Numbered from the stretch's first letter, positions 13,589 through 29,750 are shown. The stretch is DNA of 64,000 bases from Vitrella brassicaformis CCMP3155 (GCA_001179505.1 CDMY01000445.1:11521-75520), one strand, 5' to 3'. Numbers and translations: made by a program. The notes: a model not told the origin generated them from the sequence alone.

Positions 13589-14753
13589 ATGGCGGCCCGC
13601 ACATGGATGACGACGCGCCAGCCGTGGGAACGCAAGATCATGACGCGCACGACCCACCTGATCCTCTTCCGACCCCCCATCCCCATCTGGCGGCCCCGCA
13701 AAAACCTCCTCTCGCCCCCGCCCATCCAGGTGTCGCGACGGAAGGGCATCCCGCTCCTGGACAAGCACTACGATCCGCTCAAGAAAAAGAAGGTGGGCGG
13801 CTTCCGCAAGTACCGCCCGCCGCCCAAGCCGCGGCCGCCAATACGGCGCGACTACAACCCTGGTGACTGCCATGAGATGCTCGGCAAGTTCCGATTTGAG
13901 GCTCAGGGGACCTTCCCTGGTGAGTTGAGTGGGACTAGGCTATGGGGACTGGGCTGACGCAAACGACACACGGGATGGATGTTTTGTGTGTTGTGTTCTT
14001 CAGAGAGTGGTCAGCTGTTTATGGATGATTTCCGGCGGCGTGCGAGGGAGCTGTACCTGAGGGGATGGATCAAGGGCAGATCCGCATTCGCCATCGGATG
14101 TGTAAGTGCGTTGAAATGACGGGTGACGGCAGCACAGCATCCATGGTCTGTGTCTGATATGTTCGTGTGTCTGCAGGTCCAGGGTGACGTGTACGCGCTT
14201 TCGCACCTGTAAGTAGGCCACGCACACATGCATCGAGCCCGCCGATGGACGCTGTCTGTTGATCCATCCATCCATCCATCCATCCATCCAATCGTCCCTT
14301 CCTTGCTGCTGTGTGGTGTGTCGTGTGTCAGCCGTCGCTGGCTGGAGGATCGATACAGTCCCCACGCCAACATCGCGTCACTCAAGATACTCGACGAGAG
14401 CTTCGGCATTCCCGAACTCGAATACAAGTAGCTAACTGACACACCACACAGACACACAGAACATGACGACCGCCACTCGCCGCTTACGCGTGTGCGTGTG
14501 TGTTCAGGGTGCCGTATGTGTTTGCGGATCGCGATCTGCGAAAGCCCAAGAACGTCGAAAGACACCTCGAGGAGGTCTGTGACTCACTCGTACTCACACG
14601 AGGATGCCGAATGTGTGGATGTATGTGTGTGTGTGTGTGTATGTCAATCAGCGTCGTTCTCGCGTCCGTCTGCGCAAGATGGTGGAGGAGAGCCACGAGC
14701 GGCAGAACGAGATCGAGAAATTCGTTGAGTCACACTGCGTCAGAACCTGGTGA
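13589..14753 (+). CDS. Acylphosphatase-fold protein with a degenerate active site and a basic N-terminal extension; six exons
   Basis: Spliced core FRFEAQGTFPGESGQLFMDDFRRRARELYLRGWIKGRSAFAIGCVQGDVYALSHLRRWLEDRYSPHANIASLKILDESFGIPELEYK aligns by eye with acylphosphatase (FEVFGRVQGVFFR...KLGLVGWVQN...GQLQG...WLETRGSPKSHI...LDYSDF). All junctions are GT-AG and in frame; stop TGA at 14751-14753. Confidence 0.7.
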
Positions 14754-15626
14754 AGCTGCGTCGTGTGTGCCGCCTCGTCACTTCGCTTTGGCTTTCGACT
14801 TGCGCTGCGATGTCTCCCGGTGAGCACCATCAGTCCTAGTGCTTTGCTGGCGGGTGTCACGGAGCAGTGGATGAGGCGGAAGACACCTGCTACTGCCATG
14901 CAGGCGCATGTTAGAGCCGCAGTGTGTGTATGTGGAGGAGTGGTTGAGTGATGACGATGACATGGGTGTGGGTGTGCGTATGTGCACAGCTGTACAGGTA
15001 GGTAAGTGGACCGACCGTTTTGTGTGTATTGTATGCATGGACAACTGACTGCAGGGGTGCAAGGGCATGTGCTGGAAGGAATGCCAGCCAGCAGCCGGTT
15101 GTTTGGGTCTCTGACGTCTCTTCTGTTGTTTGTGACCCAAACACCAGAAGAAATGACAGAGACCCAAACAACCAGCCAGACATCCATTTCCCTCTATTGA
15201 TGTTTACGTAAGCAGTCTCACGTCATCTGGTAATCCTTCCACCTTGCTCGATCACAACTCATTCATTCGTCATGGAAAATTGTCAGCTGGAACACAAAAA
15301 TGCCGGAGACGTGCAGGCGCACACAGACACGAACGACACGAGTTCATCAACCACATGCACGTGACAGTTTTAGGCCGTGGTTGCTGTCGTAACCCCTCCG
15401 CAACGTGGGAGACGCCATTCGACCGACAGCCACGCCACGTGACAGCTGGTGAGCGACGGCGGAAACCACACGGACTGACCTATCGGTAGGTACACTTGCT
15501 ATATATGCTATCTATCTGAAGCAAATAGCACGGCTGCGTGGCATGCCACGCAGCAGCAGCTCCTTTGAGAGCTGAGCTGCGGGGAAACAAGGTCGTGTGC
15601 ATGAATGAACCGGCAGCTAAGACGCG

Positions 15627-18196
<2,570 letters not shown>

Positions 18197-18279
18197 GAAT
18201 CAAAGACTCATGGTGGCCATCCTTGCAGATGTGAGAACTAGCCAGATCTGCGATATCTGCAGCGACTGCGGCTCAAAAA

Positions 18280-18289
18280 TGCGAGCTCA
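18280..18289. promoter_or_regulatory. Candidate bidirectional promoter element TGCGAGCTCA between HPPK-DHPS and WDR12
   Basis: Lies 84 nt from ATG 18196 and 85 nt from ATG 18374, so it is centred in the gap. Confidence 0.5.
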
Positions 18290-18373
18290 AAGGGTGGCTA
18301 CACCCACTCTACACACCAGCAGCAGGAGCAGCCCGGACAGCTGCATCATTCATCGCGAATCTGCGTGAGATCC

Positions 18374-20718
18374 ATGGATCTGTCCGAAGATGCACCATCT
18401 GCCGAGGGTGGCGGGGCTGCTGTGGCAGTTGCCATGGCCTCGGAGGTATCCGTGTACTTCACGACCAAGTTGCCGGATGAGTTCCGCGTGGCGCCTGATC
18501 CATTCCTGGTGCCAACCAAACTGGCGAGATACGGACTATCGGAGGTGAGGGATGATGGAGGGAGGGATGCACGATGTCGTCGATGTCGTCCGTGTTTTGC
18601 TGCATGCTGTGCTTCTATCTATCTTAAGGTGATCAATCATCTGCTGGGTCTGGATCCCCCGCGGCCGTTTGACTTTCTCGTCGATGATGAGTTCCTCAGG
18701 ACCTCACTCGCCAAGTGAGTCAAGTGAACACACTCTCTCGTCGCTGCTCTCCACGGCCGCCTCTTCCTTTGCCTGTCTGTGTGGGTTTGATTCAGGTATA
18801 TGGTTGATCATGGTTTGACCAGTGAGAGGACGCTCACAATCGAGTACACGCATGCACTGGGGAGGCCGTCCACACGCGACATCGACAAGCAGCCCGACTG
18901 GATCGCCGACCTCACCACCACACACCTCACAGGCGACACCGCGTTGCTTATCAGCGGCTCCTATGACGGCGTGGCCCGTTTCCATGTCATGTCATCCTCT
19001 GCGGGCGACCCCTCGCCAACCCCGGCCGCCAAGGGCGCCCTCACTGTGTCATCGGAGGCGTGCATCGTGGCGGTGGACAGCTGGTCGGGCGAGGCGGCCG
19101 ATGGGTCGCCCATCGAGCTGGCCGCTGCACTCAAGAACGGCGAGGTGCGGTGGCTGTGTGTCGACCCGAATGCCGTTGAGAGCGTGGAGGAGCATGTGGG
19201 CCGAGGGTGAGACCACCAAGACCATGGATATACATCACACACTTGTCTGTCTCTTTCCGACTCTGCGGTGCGATCGATGTGCATCAATCAGTATGTATGT
19301 ATGTTTCGGTGTGTTAGGCACATGGAGAGCGTTGAGTGCGTGTCCATCAGCGCCGATGGAGCACACATAGCCACCGGGGGCTGGGACAACAGTGTCATCG
19401 TGTGGGACAACGTAAGTAACCCTGCAGACAGACACGAATCTATCTATCTGGGACAGAATGGGATGGGATGGAATCATGTCGTTCGTGCCATCCATCGGTC
19501 AGACATCTGCGGTGGAGTCCCTACGCGCGAATATCAAGGCCGCATTGGGCAAGAGGTGAGTGAGTGACGCCACACAGGGGGGATCCACCAAAGAGTCACG
19601 TCACGAGGCACGGTGCATGTGCATGTGCATGTGGTGTGTCAGGTCAGCGTCAGAGACGTCGCACAGCCCCAAGTTCACCCTCAAGGGCCACACACAGACA
19701 GTGCAGGACGTATGCTGGCCGCAAGCACCCGGTGCATTCCAGCTTTTCAGGTATCAATCACACGGCAGCACTACTTGTGCTTGAATCTGATGTTTCATTG
19801 TTGTGCTGATGACATCTTTTAGCGCCTCGTTCGACCAGACAGTCCGTGTGTGGGACACCGTGGCGGCAATGCCCGTCTGCACATTCCCATGCGCTAAGGT
19901 GGGCGAGTAACGTGACTTACATGCCACCCGTATGGTGTCTGTCCGTTCTGTGTGTGCGTGTGTGTTTCAGGCGGCCAACAGCTTGAGTGTGAGCCCCAGT
20001 GGTCAAGAGCTGTGCACGGCGCATGAGGACGGGTGAGCAGCCGAGACACAGACGTGCCAGTGCAGATGCGACATTGGCCGTTTGTTTTATCAGGCGTGTG
20101 AGGGTGTGGGACATCCGGGGAGGCAATAGACCAGCAGGTGAGGGCGGGGGAGGGGGCGGCGAACAGACAGGGTGCCACCAGCATGGAAGGAGGCACGCCT
20201 TTGGCTTGATCTGCAGGTTCGTCCTCATCGAGTGCTTCGTCTGCCGTGAAGGTTGATGCATCGAGTGCTCTCGCACTCACACACACTTACACCGTCCACA
20301 GAAGGTACTTACTGATGTAGTGCACACACATACACACATACACGCCATGTGTTGATCGATGCTCAAGTGAGATGGGTGTCGGCGTGTGTGTGTGTGCAGG
20401 ATGGTTCCGCAGGCCCGTTGGAATCCTTATGAGCCCCACTGGATCGCCTCGGTGTCGCACGATGGATGCCTCAAAATCCTCGACACGAGAGCTACCAAAC
20501 TCCCGCTGCAGACGGTAAGTAAAAAATCGCGGTACACCGTGCCATGCGTGTATTGACGTGCCCTCAATTCTTCATAGGTGTCTCTTGAGGGATGCAAGCT
20601 GCTGACGGTTGTGTGGGTGAGCCGGAGTGTGTGCGCGACGGGTGGGTCGGACGGTGTGCTGAGGCTGCATGAGCTGCAACACGCGGGGGGGGCCGTCAAC
20701 CAGCAGGACGACGAGTGA
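18374..20718 (+). CDS. WDR12: Ribosome biogenesis protein WDR12/Ytm1 (NLE ubiquitin-like domain plus WD40 repeats); multi-exon
   Basis: VYFTTK...VPTKLARYGLSEVINHLL...PFDFLVDDEFLRTSL...ERTLTIEY is the NLE domain. WD repeats include SGSYDG, GHMESVECV...ATGGWDNSVIVWD, LKGHTQTVQDVCW and SASFDQTVRVWD. Stop TGA at 20716-20718. Confidence 0.9.
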
Positions 20719-21196
20719 GAGAGCGAGGCGTGCCGTGTGTTGCTCTTGTTCCGAGAGGGATAGAGCGATGGGTCGTGAACGTGTCGATAGCTGGCTATAC
20801 ATGGATCTGACCAACTGATCGAGACATTCATCACATTCATGGACGAACGAGCACAGCACGGGGGGCCAAAAATTTATGCTCTCTCCAGCCGCGTCAGTTG
20901 GTTAAAGTCCATCGACACAGTAGCTAGCTAAGGCTCTATGGGCACACACAGAGAGAAAGAGATACATTCTGTTCTATAGACACACTGCCGTCGCATCGCG
21001 AACGCAGAGAACGCTCTCAAGGACTCACATCACATACACACAGAAGGATGCAACTGCTACCCATATTGTTTAGAGACACACAGGCAGACATCACCTCTCT
21101 GTAAACCACACACAAGTCTTCTCACCGGCGCTTCATCACTCTACTCAATAAAATCCGTTCGCACCTTCATTGACTGGCTAACGCGCCCTTCCAGAG

Positions 21197-24100
21197 TCAC
21201 GATGCAGCCGCTTCATCGAGCAGCTTGCCGAGTGCCTCTTGGCTGCCGAGTGTGCCATCTGAAGGCACCAGCTGCCGCGTGATCCGGCCCTTGTGCATCA
21301 CCAAAACACGGTCACAGCCCCTGCATACGCCACAAACGCACAGAGACAACGACGAATGAGCACCTGGATACGTGGATGTGGGCAGTGGGGCAACGGGTAC
21401 GAACCTGATGGAAGCCGCATGGTGTGCGACGATCAAGGCGGCGCAGTGGGGCAGCACCTTCCGCAGCGTCACGTGCAGGGGCGGCGCACCGCTGTCGTCA
21501 GCCGCACTGCCGGCGCCTTCATGTTCGGGAGGGGGCGGCTCGTCGATGACCAGTAGCTGCAGGTTGGCCCCCGGTGCCTTGGCCTGCAGCAGCAGTCTCG
21601 CCACCGCCAGCTGCTGCAGCTGACCCACCGACAGGCTGTTCGATGCGCCGTTGGTGTCACCCCCGTCGGTCCCCTCATCCCTCCTGGCTGTCATGCCGCC
21701 AGATGGAGCGACCACAAGGTCCAGCCCGGGGCGTGTCCGGGCGTCCTCCTTGGGCAGTATGGGGATGGTGACGTCATCACTGTCGTCGGGACATGCACCC
21801 GACGAGTCGCGGAGGGGGGCTGGCGAGTTGGGCAGAGGGGCTGGAGGGGAGTAGAGGGCGGTGAGCGTCGGCCCCAGGCCGCAGAGATCGAGCGCCTCCC
21901 ATATCGTCGCATCGTTGAAGTAGTCCTAAGGAGGAAGGAGAGGGGAAAATTGCAGATGTTCAACGATGCGTTCCCACTCAGTGGATGACTGACCTCTGGG
22001 TCGAGAAGCTCTCGCACAGTCCAGTCCTTGAGCACCACGGGAAACTGAACAGTGAGCCAACACAAGCAGCCGCCAGGTCCGTGCATCTCGCCTACCCCAG
22101 GCATCCACCCCTCTCTCTGCTCCACCTACCTGGGGGAGGACGCCGACAACCCTCCGGAACTCGTCATCGGCCATATCCTGGGCCTCCCTCCCGGCAATCA
22201 GTAACCGCCCGTGGCTCAGCTCCACTTGCCGCAAAACAGACAAGAGCAGCGTGCTCTTGCCTGCCCCAGTTCTCCCAACCACACCGACATGCTCGCCGGG
22301 AGCCAGCGAGAGCGATATGTCACGCAACGCGGGGGGCACTCCGGCACGGTAGCGCACCTCCACTTTGTCGAGGACCAGGGCAGGTGCGCCGGGTCGGGGC
22401 GGCAGAGCTGCCCGTGCCTCCCGCTGCTGCTGCTGTCGTCTTCGTGTCCGGCGCGCTGACGGGGTGGACGATTCCTCGGGGTCGAGCTTGACGTACTCCT
22501 GATGGACGACGGACAGCGACAGCTTGTGTAAGGAATGAGAAGGTGAAGGTGAGGGAGATGTCTCGTTCCTGACCTGAATGCGTTCGACGGAAACGAAGTT
22601 GATCTCCAACATGATGATGAAGAAAAGGAAGCCGCCGATCAAGTCCCGCAGGTCCATGGCATACTGCAGCGAGAGGCCGAACAGCGTGGCGTTGCCCCGC
22701 AACTCCTCCCCTGACAGCGGTGTGGCTCTCGGACCCCTGACAGCCAGGCCCAACAGCGGACCGAGCGTCGTAATCGTGAAGAGGGCGAAGCCAAGCAGTT
22801 GCAGCCGCAGCTTCATCCACTGAAACGCCCTGAGGAATGTGAGGGGGACAGTGAGTGGCTGGACCAGACTTCTGCATGGAGTTCGCTTACGAATAAGAGA
22901 CGAGCCGGCGGCGGCCGTACATGTTGATGTGACGCAAGTTCTCGCCGATAAAGGCACCCTACCAACCAAGACAGCCACATCCCTTGCTACGCTTTTCCTC
23001 CGCCCCAGCAAGTCTTCTACCCACCTGTTGCTTGAATGCTCGAATGATGGGTGCACCGGCCATGGTCTGGTTAAAGTGCGAGAAGACCTTAGAGAGGCAC
23101 TGCATTTTCTTGCGCTCCATCTCCCGTTGCGCCTCCTGGTTCGGCCACGCCACGTACACGAGGAACGGCACGTAGATGACCGGCACAAATAAGAAGGCCA
23201 CGGGGGCCGTATACAGCAGCATGCCGGCCGTGAACAGGAGCCTCGCGCTGGAGCCGAGAACGATCCCGAAATATGCCATGAGCTGGTCGTCCACCTTCCA
23301 CATGTCGCCGGCGATGCGGGTAAGGACGCGGCCGAGCGGGTTGGCATCGAACCACCTCAGCGGCACGCGCAGCAGGAGGCTCTTGACCAGCTTGTTGTGG
23401 ATGGACGACGACGCCTTCATCGATCCAATCGTCTCCCCCAGACACTCAACCAAACCCCAGCCGATCAGGGCGAGCAGGAAGATCATGTACGTGCGGAGAC
23501 AGGCCACTTGCGTGAGGACGTCGGTCTCGCCCTTCTCCGTCCACCGCTTGAAGTATATCTTGCCACCCTCCCGTCCAATCTCCTTCCCCACAACCGCCAA
23601 ACCGATGAGCACAGCCAGCAGCACACCGGCATGCTGCACGTACCTGAACAACAAGGCCGAAGAAGGAAATGCAAGTGAAGTGGCTGCCTTCTTCTCTTCT
23701 TTCCAATCGACTGACCATGCGTACGTCGACAGGGACACTGACCCTTGCTTGGTCTTCTCCTCTTCGAAAAGGGCTCCTGTCCTCTGGTTCTGGCCAGTCT
23801 CGCCGACGCCTCGGTACCCGCCCATATCTTGCACCGCCTCCCAGGGCTGCTCCCAGTCATTCACCGCAACGCATTGCAGCATAGAATGTCGCTCCTCTAT
23901 CGAGGATGGCACCGACCGTGGCGTGAGGGGAGTCGACGGCTCACCGCGTCCTTCTGACATGGGTAACCCGCCGCCGATCCTGGTCAAAGCAGCATGTGAT
24001 GCCTCCTCTGCCCTTTCCGAGTCTGCTGCTGCTGCTGCTGCTGCCTCGCTGGGAAGAGATGCGACACGTCCGCTGAATAGTGCCGTCAAAGGGTGACTCG

Positions 24101-26899
24101 GGTCGGCAAGTGACAGCTGCTGGGCCACCTCGTCCACTTTGCCTTCCCAGGCCACGCGACCCCGGTACATCAGCACCACTCGGACGGGCAGGGACACAGC
24201 AGCAGCAGCAGCACCAGCGTCACTGCCCTGCGGCTGCATGGACTCACTCAGGAGGGTCTGGAATGTGATGGGCTGGAGACACAGAACCGTCGCAGCACCA
24301 GACAGCAGGCCGTCGGCAGCGGTGAGTTGCTTCCATATCTGCTGCCCCACTCGCGGATCGAGAGATGCGAATGGGTCGTCGAGGAGGAAAAGGTCGGTGT
24401 CGTTAGATGGGTTGTAGAGGGCGCGGGCCAGGGTCAGGCGCTGACGCTGCCCCCCCGACAACACATGGCCGCCCTCGTTGACCTCCGTCACGTCACCTGC
24501 AGTCGAACAATGAACGATGCGACAGAAGGAGGCATGCGTGAGATGTGTGGGTCCTCACCGTGTGGCCAAGCGTCGATGTCCAGACAGAGTTGACAAGCCT
24601 CCACCACCCTGTCGTAGGCCTTCTGGTCATAGTCCCGACCGAAAAGAATAGTCGATCGGACCTCGCCTTGAGGGATCCACGGCACCTGAGTCGACCACCC
24701 GATGGTCAGCTGCTCTGCGGCCGAAGAAGACGAAGCACGCGCCGCTAAGACCCCTCCGCTTGGGTAAGTGTCAACAGTCCCCCGCAGGAGCTTCATGTCA
24801 CCCAATAGAGCACTCAGCAGGGAGCTCTTCCCCGCGCCCCTCGCCCCCAGCAGAACCACGATCTCGTTCCTCTGCAGCCGCAGTGAGATGTCCTTGAGAC
24901 GGAAGCCTTCCGTGCTTCCGTCGCCCCGCCAGCTGAACGTTGCCTTTCTGGCACACAGGACGTCGGCATCATCGATATGAGACGATTGCGCGAACGAGCC
25001 GCCGCTGTCTACATGAGAAAGCGATGGTGATGAAACTGGCGATGGGCCGATGACAACTGGTGTGGTCAGGGGCGTGGCGCCAGCCGCTGGGGCGTGCGAG
25101 AGAGCAAGGAAGTCCTGCAGGCGCTGGAGCGAGACGCTGGCCTCGAAAGCATATTTGAGGATGAAGGGCAGCCATCCCAACGCTCCCCCGACTTCCTGCA
25201 TGATCTGTTGGACGGTGATGAGCATCGATGAGCTCACGCCGAACGGCTTACCCTGATGCAGGCCGACAAATAGAGGGAATGCGTGTGGCAAGCACAGATA
25301 GAGTGTCTTGAGTGTCTTGCTGTTGTGCTGACCTCTTGTGCCTGTTCGAGGACGTAAGTTGCGAAGAATACATAGAGGGCCATGCTGACCATGATGCCCT
25401 CACAGAACCAGGCGAGTCTGTTGCAAGCCAGCCGGGCCGTCGTGGCCGACACCTCGGGTATCCGCACCTTGCGAATCCTAACGATCACCGGCTCCATAAA
25501 GTTGATGATGCGCAAAGTCCGGATCTCCGTCAAAGCCTCGTTCCACAACTCAGTGCGCTTATCCTTCGACAGCTGCACAAACACATAGCATACGCACACA
25601 CATGAACAATGGCCAATAGATACAGCTTCGAAGTGTACGCATGAGTGTGTCTGGCCGCTGACCATCATAGGCTTCCTCAGGGCGGCGCTGATGGCGCACA
25701 GGATGAAAACGATGACAATCATGGCCAGAACGGTGACGAGCGGAGCGATGGTCGATGACCTCCCTCCCCCTTCGCGCGACAGCAGCCAGAAGGAGAAGCC
25801 AAGTTTGAGTGGAAGCAACAGACACGTCAGCGCTCCGTCTGTGAGCCACTGGAGAGGGTCCAGGTCGTTCGTTATGAGGGTATAAAGGCTCGCGCGTTCC
25901 CCCTTGCCGTCCGTACCGGTGCCCTCTCGCTCGTCAGTGGGTCGGTTGCTGGCCTTGCCGGTCGTGTCGAGGCCACGGTGGAAGATGGTGGTGATGAGGC
26001 TCTGGCTCAGCCGCAAGTAGAGCCGCCACGTCATGAAGTCAAAGTGCACGTGCGTGAGGATCTTCAGGAGGCTCAGGACAAGCAACATGAGACGAGAGCC
26101 AAACTCTGCAGAATGAATGAGTCAGTCAGTCAATAATAATGAACGAATCAATCCGACGGATTGATTGCCTGTCGTGACAGCCAGCCACTCAATCAGTGAC
26201 TGACTGACTGACTCACTCACTCACTCACCGTTGAGCAGCTCAGCGTTTGTGTGGCCCTGTGCTGATTCAGCAAAGCCCACAACATTCTTGAGCTTGTATA
26301 TGTACATGAGACCACATGCGTCGTTGAGCACACGGAGAGCCAAGCACTGCAGCAGGGGCACCCAGAAGGTCCGCATCAGCACTGGGAGAACCCGAGGCCG
26401 GCGGCCCTTCTCCTCTGCTCGCGCCTGCTCACGAGAGAGCTGATGCTGCATGACATGTCACGTACAATCGGAGCGGCAATAGTGAAGCAACGGACAGTGC
26501 TACAGTGTGCGCATGTTGTCTTTCGCTCACTCACCTCGAGTCTGTCCGCCCAGAGGAAGGGTGCATCGCAGTCAGACAGGTGTGGCACCACCTCGGTAGT
26601 GTCATCGCCCTTGGACGTCTTTGCCCACCTCAGCGAAGCAGACTGAGCGGCGAGGTACGGCCCGACCCAACTGATGAAAAACACATGCAGGGATGCGTTC
26701 AAACTTCACAGCCGTGTTTGCTGTGGGCTTGTGTGTCTGGTGTGTGTGCTAGCCTGATGAACAGCCGGCCGAGGAAGGACGCCTCCTGCTCAGGTGCCGA
26801 CGCCTCGCACAGCTTCTTAGCGCCACGCTGTCTGCCGCTCCCGTCATCAAGCAATGGCTGTCTATCGGCCGCGCCATTCTTTGTGTTCCGTCGCTGCAT
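21197..26899 (-). CDS. ABCC/MRP-family full-length ABC transporter (TMD1-NBD1-TMD2-NBD2); multi-exon
   Basis: NBD1: GARGAGKSSLL, PWIPQGEVRSTILFG, LSGGQRQRLTLARALY, LLDDPFASLD. TMD2: VPLRWFDANPLGRVLTRIAGDMWKVD. NBD2: VGVVGRTGAGKSTLL, LSVGQ, LVIDE, DRVLVMHKGRI. Also INFVSVERIQEY. Confidence 0.9.
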
Positions 26900-27279
26900 C
26901 AGGACTCAGGTCGTCAAAGAGTTGTCGTGCTTGCCATAAACGATTGTTGGCCTGCTGCACGATGCCTAAGGACTACCAAGACAGATCTGCGCGCGCATCG
27001 ATCCAATTGTCGAGATTCTCGACAGATTAACCACGCGCTTCTCCCCAGCGCCATACAGGCAAAAAGGCCGGCTGCGAGTCCTCGCTGCGATAATGTGATG
27101 AGCAGCCACTAACAACTACAGATCACCGACAAACGCTTTATGTCAACCAAACCAAAAAGCTGTCTGTCTGTCTGATTGTCCTTGTCGTGCGTGCTGTATG
27201 TACACAATCATGATAACACACAGCGCTACGAGCCGTACCGTATGCACATACATACGCATTGCGCCGCACCACACACAGG

Positions 27280-29505
27280 CTACTCAGGTGCCTCGCTCTT
27301 CGAATCATTGCTTGTGGCGTCCCCTCCCCTGCTGCCGCTCGCCCGCTCGCGCGAGAGGCTAAGCTCGGGCAGCTGTATGAAGGACTGACCCCTGGGGACG
27401 CTGTCGCGATGAACCTTGACTTTAGCGCGGCCGACGGTGACCCTCTTGGCCCGCAGCTTCTCCACACACTCCTCAAGGGTCACTGGCAGCCCCCTGTCCT
27501 GCGTACAGTCGCGAACACGCGCCCTCGCCACCTTGTCACCCATCCGAGTCAGCTTCCTGCACACACACACACACACACACACACACGAACGCATGTCACA
27601 GGTGGCCCCTTGCCAGCGGTATCTCACTTACTCTCTGGCGATGTCGCCAAGGAAGATGGCGGCGAACAGCACCTTGTCAGCGCTCGTGGCGTGGTGGTTT
27701 CTGGGCGAGCTGCGGAAGTCATGCCGCCGCCCATCGCCGCTGCGTGGGGCCGTTCTCGCCTCCCTCTCGCTCTTGCCGTGCGCGACAGGGCTCTCGCAGA
27801 CGTACAGCTCGACGACGGGCGTCTGCCAGGACGTGGGGGCGACCGGAGCTGGTGGGGCGATTGGGGAGAGGAGGTGTGTCGACGAGGATGAGGGGGAGGC
27901 CTCGTCGGCCTCGGGGTCGCTGCCGTGCCGCCGGGCCACGGGTGTGTGTGTCTTAACCGCGTGGTCGAGACGCTGCTGCTCCAGCCACAGTGCAAGTCGC
28001 GCCTGGTTCAGACACGGACCGACACGAAATAAGGGAGGGACCCATGTGTCGACTGGCCGGTTTCTCGCTCACTGGCCTACCGGGTCGTCGAGTGCGATGT
28101 TCTTGGGGCATTTGAAGATGATGCTGTGGCTGAGCTGCGATGCGCGAGCGGTGACGTCAAACGCACTCTGAACACAGACACGACACGCCGCACAGTCCAC
28201 GCCTTGCGGTGCTTTTCCTTCATCGCCTCAGCGTACCATCTTGCCGTCAGCCATGCGTTCGATCATATACACACACTTGTCCCTGTAGGCCTTGCCGCCC
28301 CACGGCAGGTCCAGGAACACCTACACAAAGAAAATACAGTATCTTCCACCCACCAGTGCTGTGACCGTGCTCCCGTATGAGCTGGCTGTGTGCCGACCAG
28401 GTCGAAGCTCCCGCCGCCGCCCAGCCCCAGACCCTCGAGACGCTCCACCATACGGTTGTAGTCGGCGCAGAAAACCGAGCATTTCGAAGAAACGCCTGAC
28501 AGAGCATATATTCAACGAGTCCACACACGTAGCGCACGCCAGATGAAGCCAGCTCAGCTCCTCCCTCTTGCCGCTGTGCCGTACCGTAGACGTCGGCATT
28601 GGCGTTTGCGTACTCGACGTGCTCTCTCTCGATGTCGCTCGCCACCACATTCATGCCGTGGGCAGCGAAGGCGACCATGTTGCCACCCGCACCCCCAAAG
28701 CCATCATACACCACACCACCGGGAAAGATGTCGGCGCAGTCGCGCGCCATCCTGTCGGCGATGGGCTCGGGCGTGATGGAATAGCTGAGCGGCGTACATA
28801 CACCAACACACAGAAATGATTATTGAGTTGACAATGCGTTGGGGTTACTCACCGCATGACATCGTTGTAGCGCACGCCATCCTTCTGGAAGAGCCAGTGG
28901 TCGTAGTCCGACTCGTTGATGTCCCTATCGCACTCCACAATCTTCACCACCACCTCACCAGTGACGGCCCCATCGTCTCCGCCGCCCTCCCGCGCAAGAC
29001 CGCTGCACCGATCTTCGCTTCTAGAGCAAGATCCGCTCGACCCATCCTCGCAGTCACCTCGGCTGCCGATGTGGATGCTGTTATTCCGCGAAGGCGCACC
29101 CAGCCACTTGGCCTCTCGCAGGATGGGTGAGCTGTCACCCAGATTAGGGAAGTCACATCGCCGCCCTGGCCGTGAAGTGTTCTGTGGCGTGACAGGCTGC
29201 TTCTCTGGGGAGGGCTTCTGTGGGGAGGGAGGAGGGCCTGGCGTACATGAAGCGGCCGGCGCACTCCGCGGAGGTTCGCTGCTCTTGTTCCACACGTCTT
29301 GTAGCGGTGTTGACCATCTCGATGGCGCACTTGCTCGAGTGCCGTCGCTTGCTCCCTCGGCACCTATCAACGTACGGCAACAAACAGCCAGATGAGCAAG
29401 CGATACCCTCAGCCACGGCTGATTCTGTTTGATGATTTTCTTACCAGTGGTCTCTTTCTTCTTCTGAATGGATGTTCCAGTGGATGTGTGACGAACACAC
29501 TCCAT
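27280..29505 (-). CDS. TGS1: Trimethylguanosine synthase (TGS1)-like RNA cap methyltransferase; multi-exon
   Basis: YSITPEPIADRMA, VVYDGFGGAGGN (SAM-binding motif I), ASDIEREHVEYANANADVYG, VFLDLPWGG (compare SPPWGG), IIFKCPKN and ELYVCE. ATG at 29505; stop at 27280. Confidence 0.8.
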
Positions 29506-29560
29506 CACGGACGGACGCGGCCTGTGGCACTTGACACTACCCCATCTTCTCTTTTACTTT

Positions 29561-29570
29561 TGCGAGCTCA
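29561..29570. promoter_or_regulatory. Candidate promoter element TGCGAGCTCA between the TGS1-like and RING genes
   Basis: Exact decamer 56 nt upstream of the TGS1-like ATG, in the divergent gap. Confidence 0.45.
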
Positions 29571-29750
29571 GCGCGAGGGAGCGGGAGATCATTTTTGGCT
29601 TTTAAGGTAACGGAAAGCGACCAGATCGTCTGATCTCGAGTCTAGCGGGAGATCAGTCCGACGGCTGATGCAAGTAGCGGCTGGACGGACGAGCCGCCTT
29701 ATTGCCGATGTCTGAGTCGAGGAGTGCACGCCCGTCTGGCGACCACCGGG

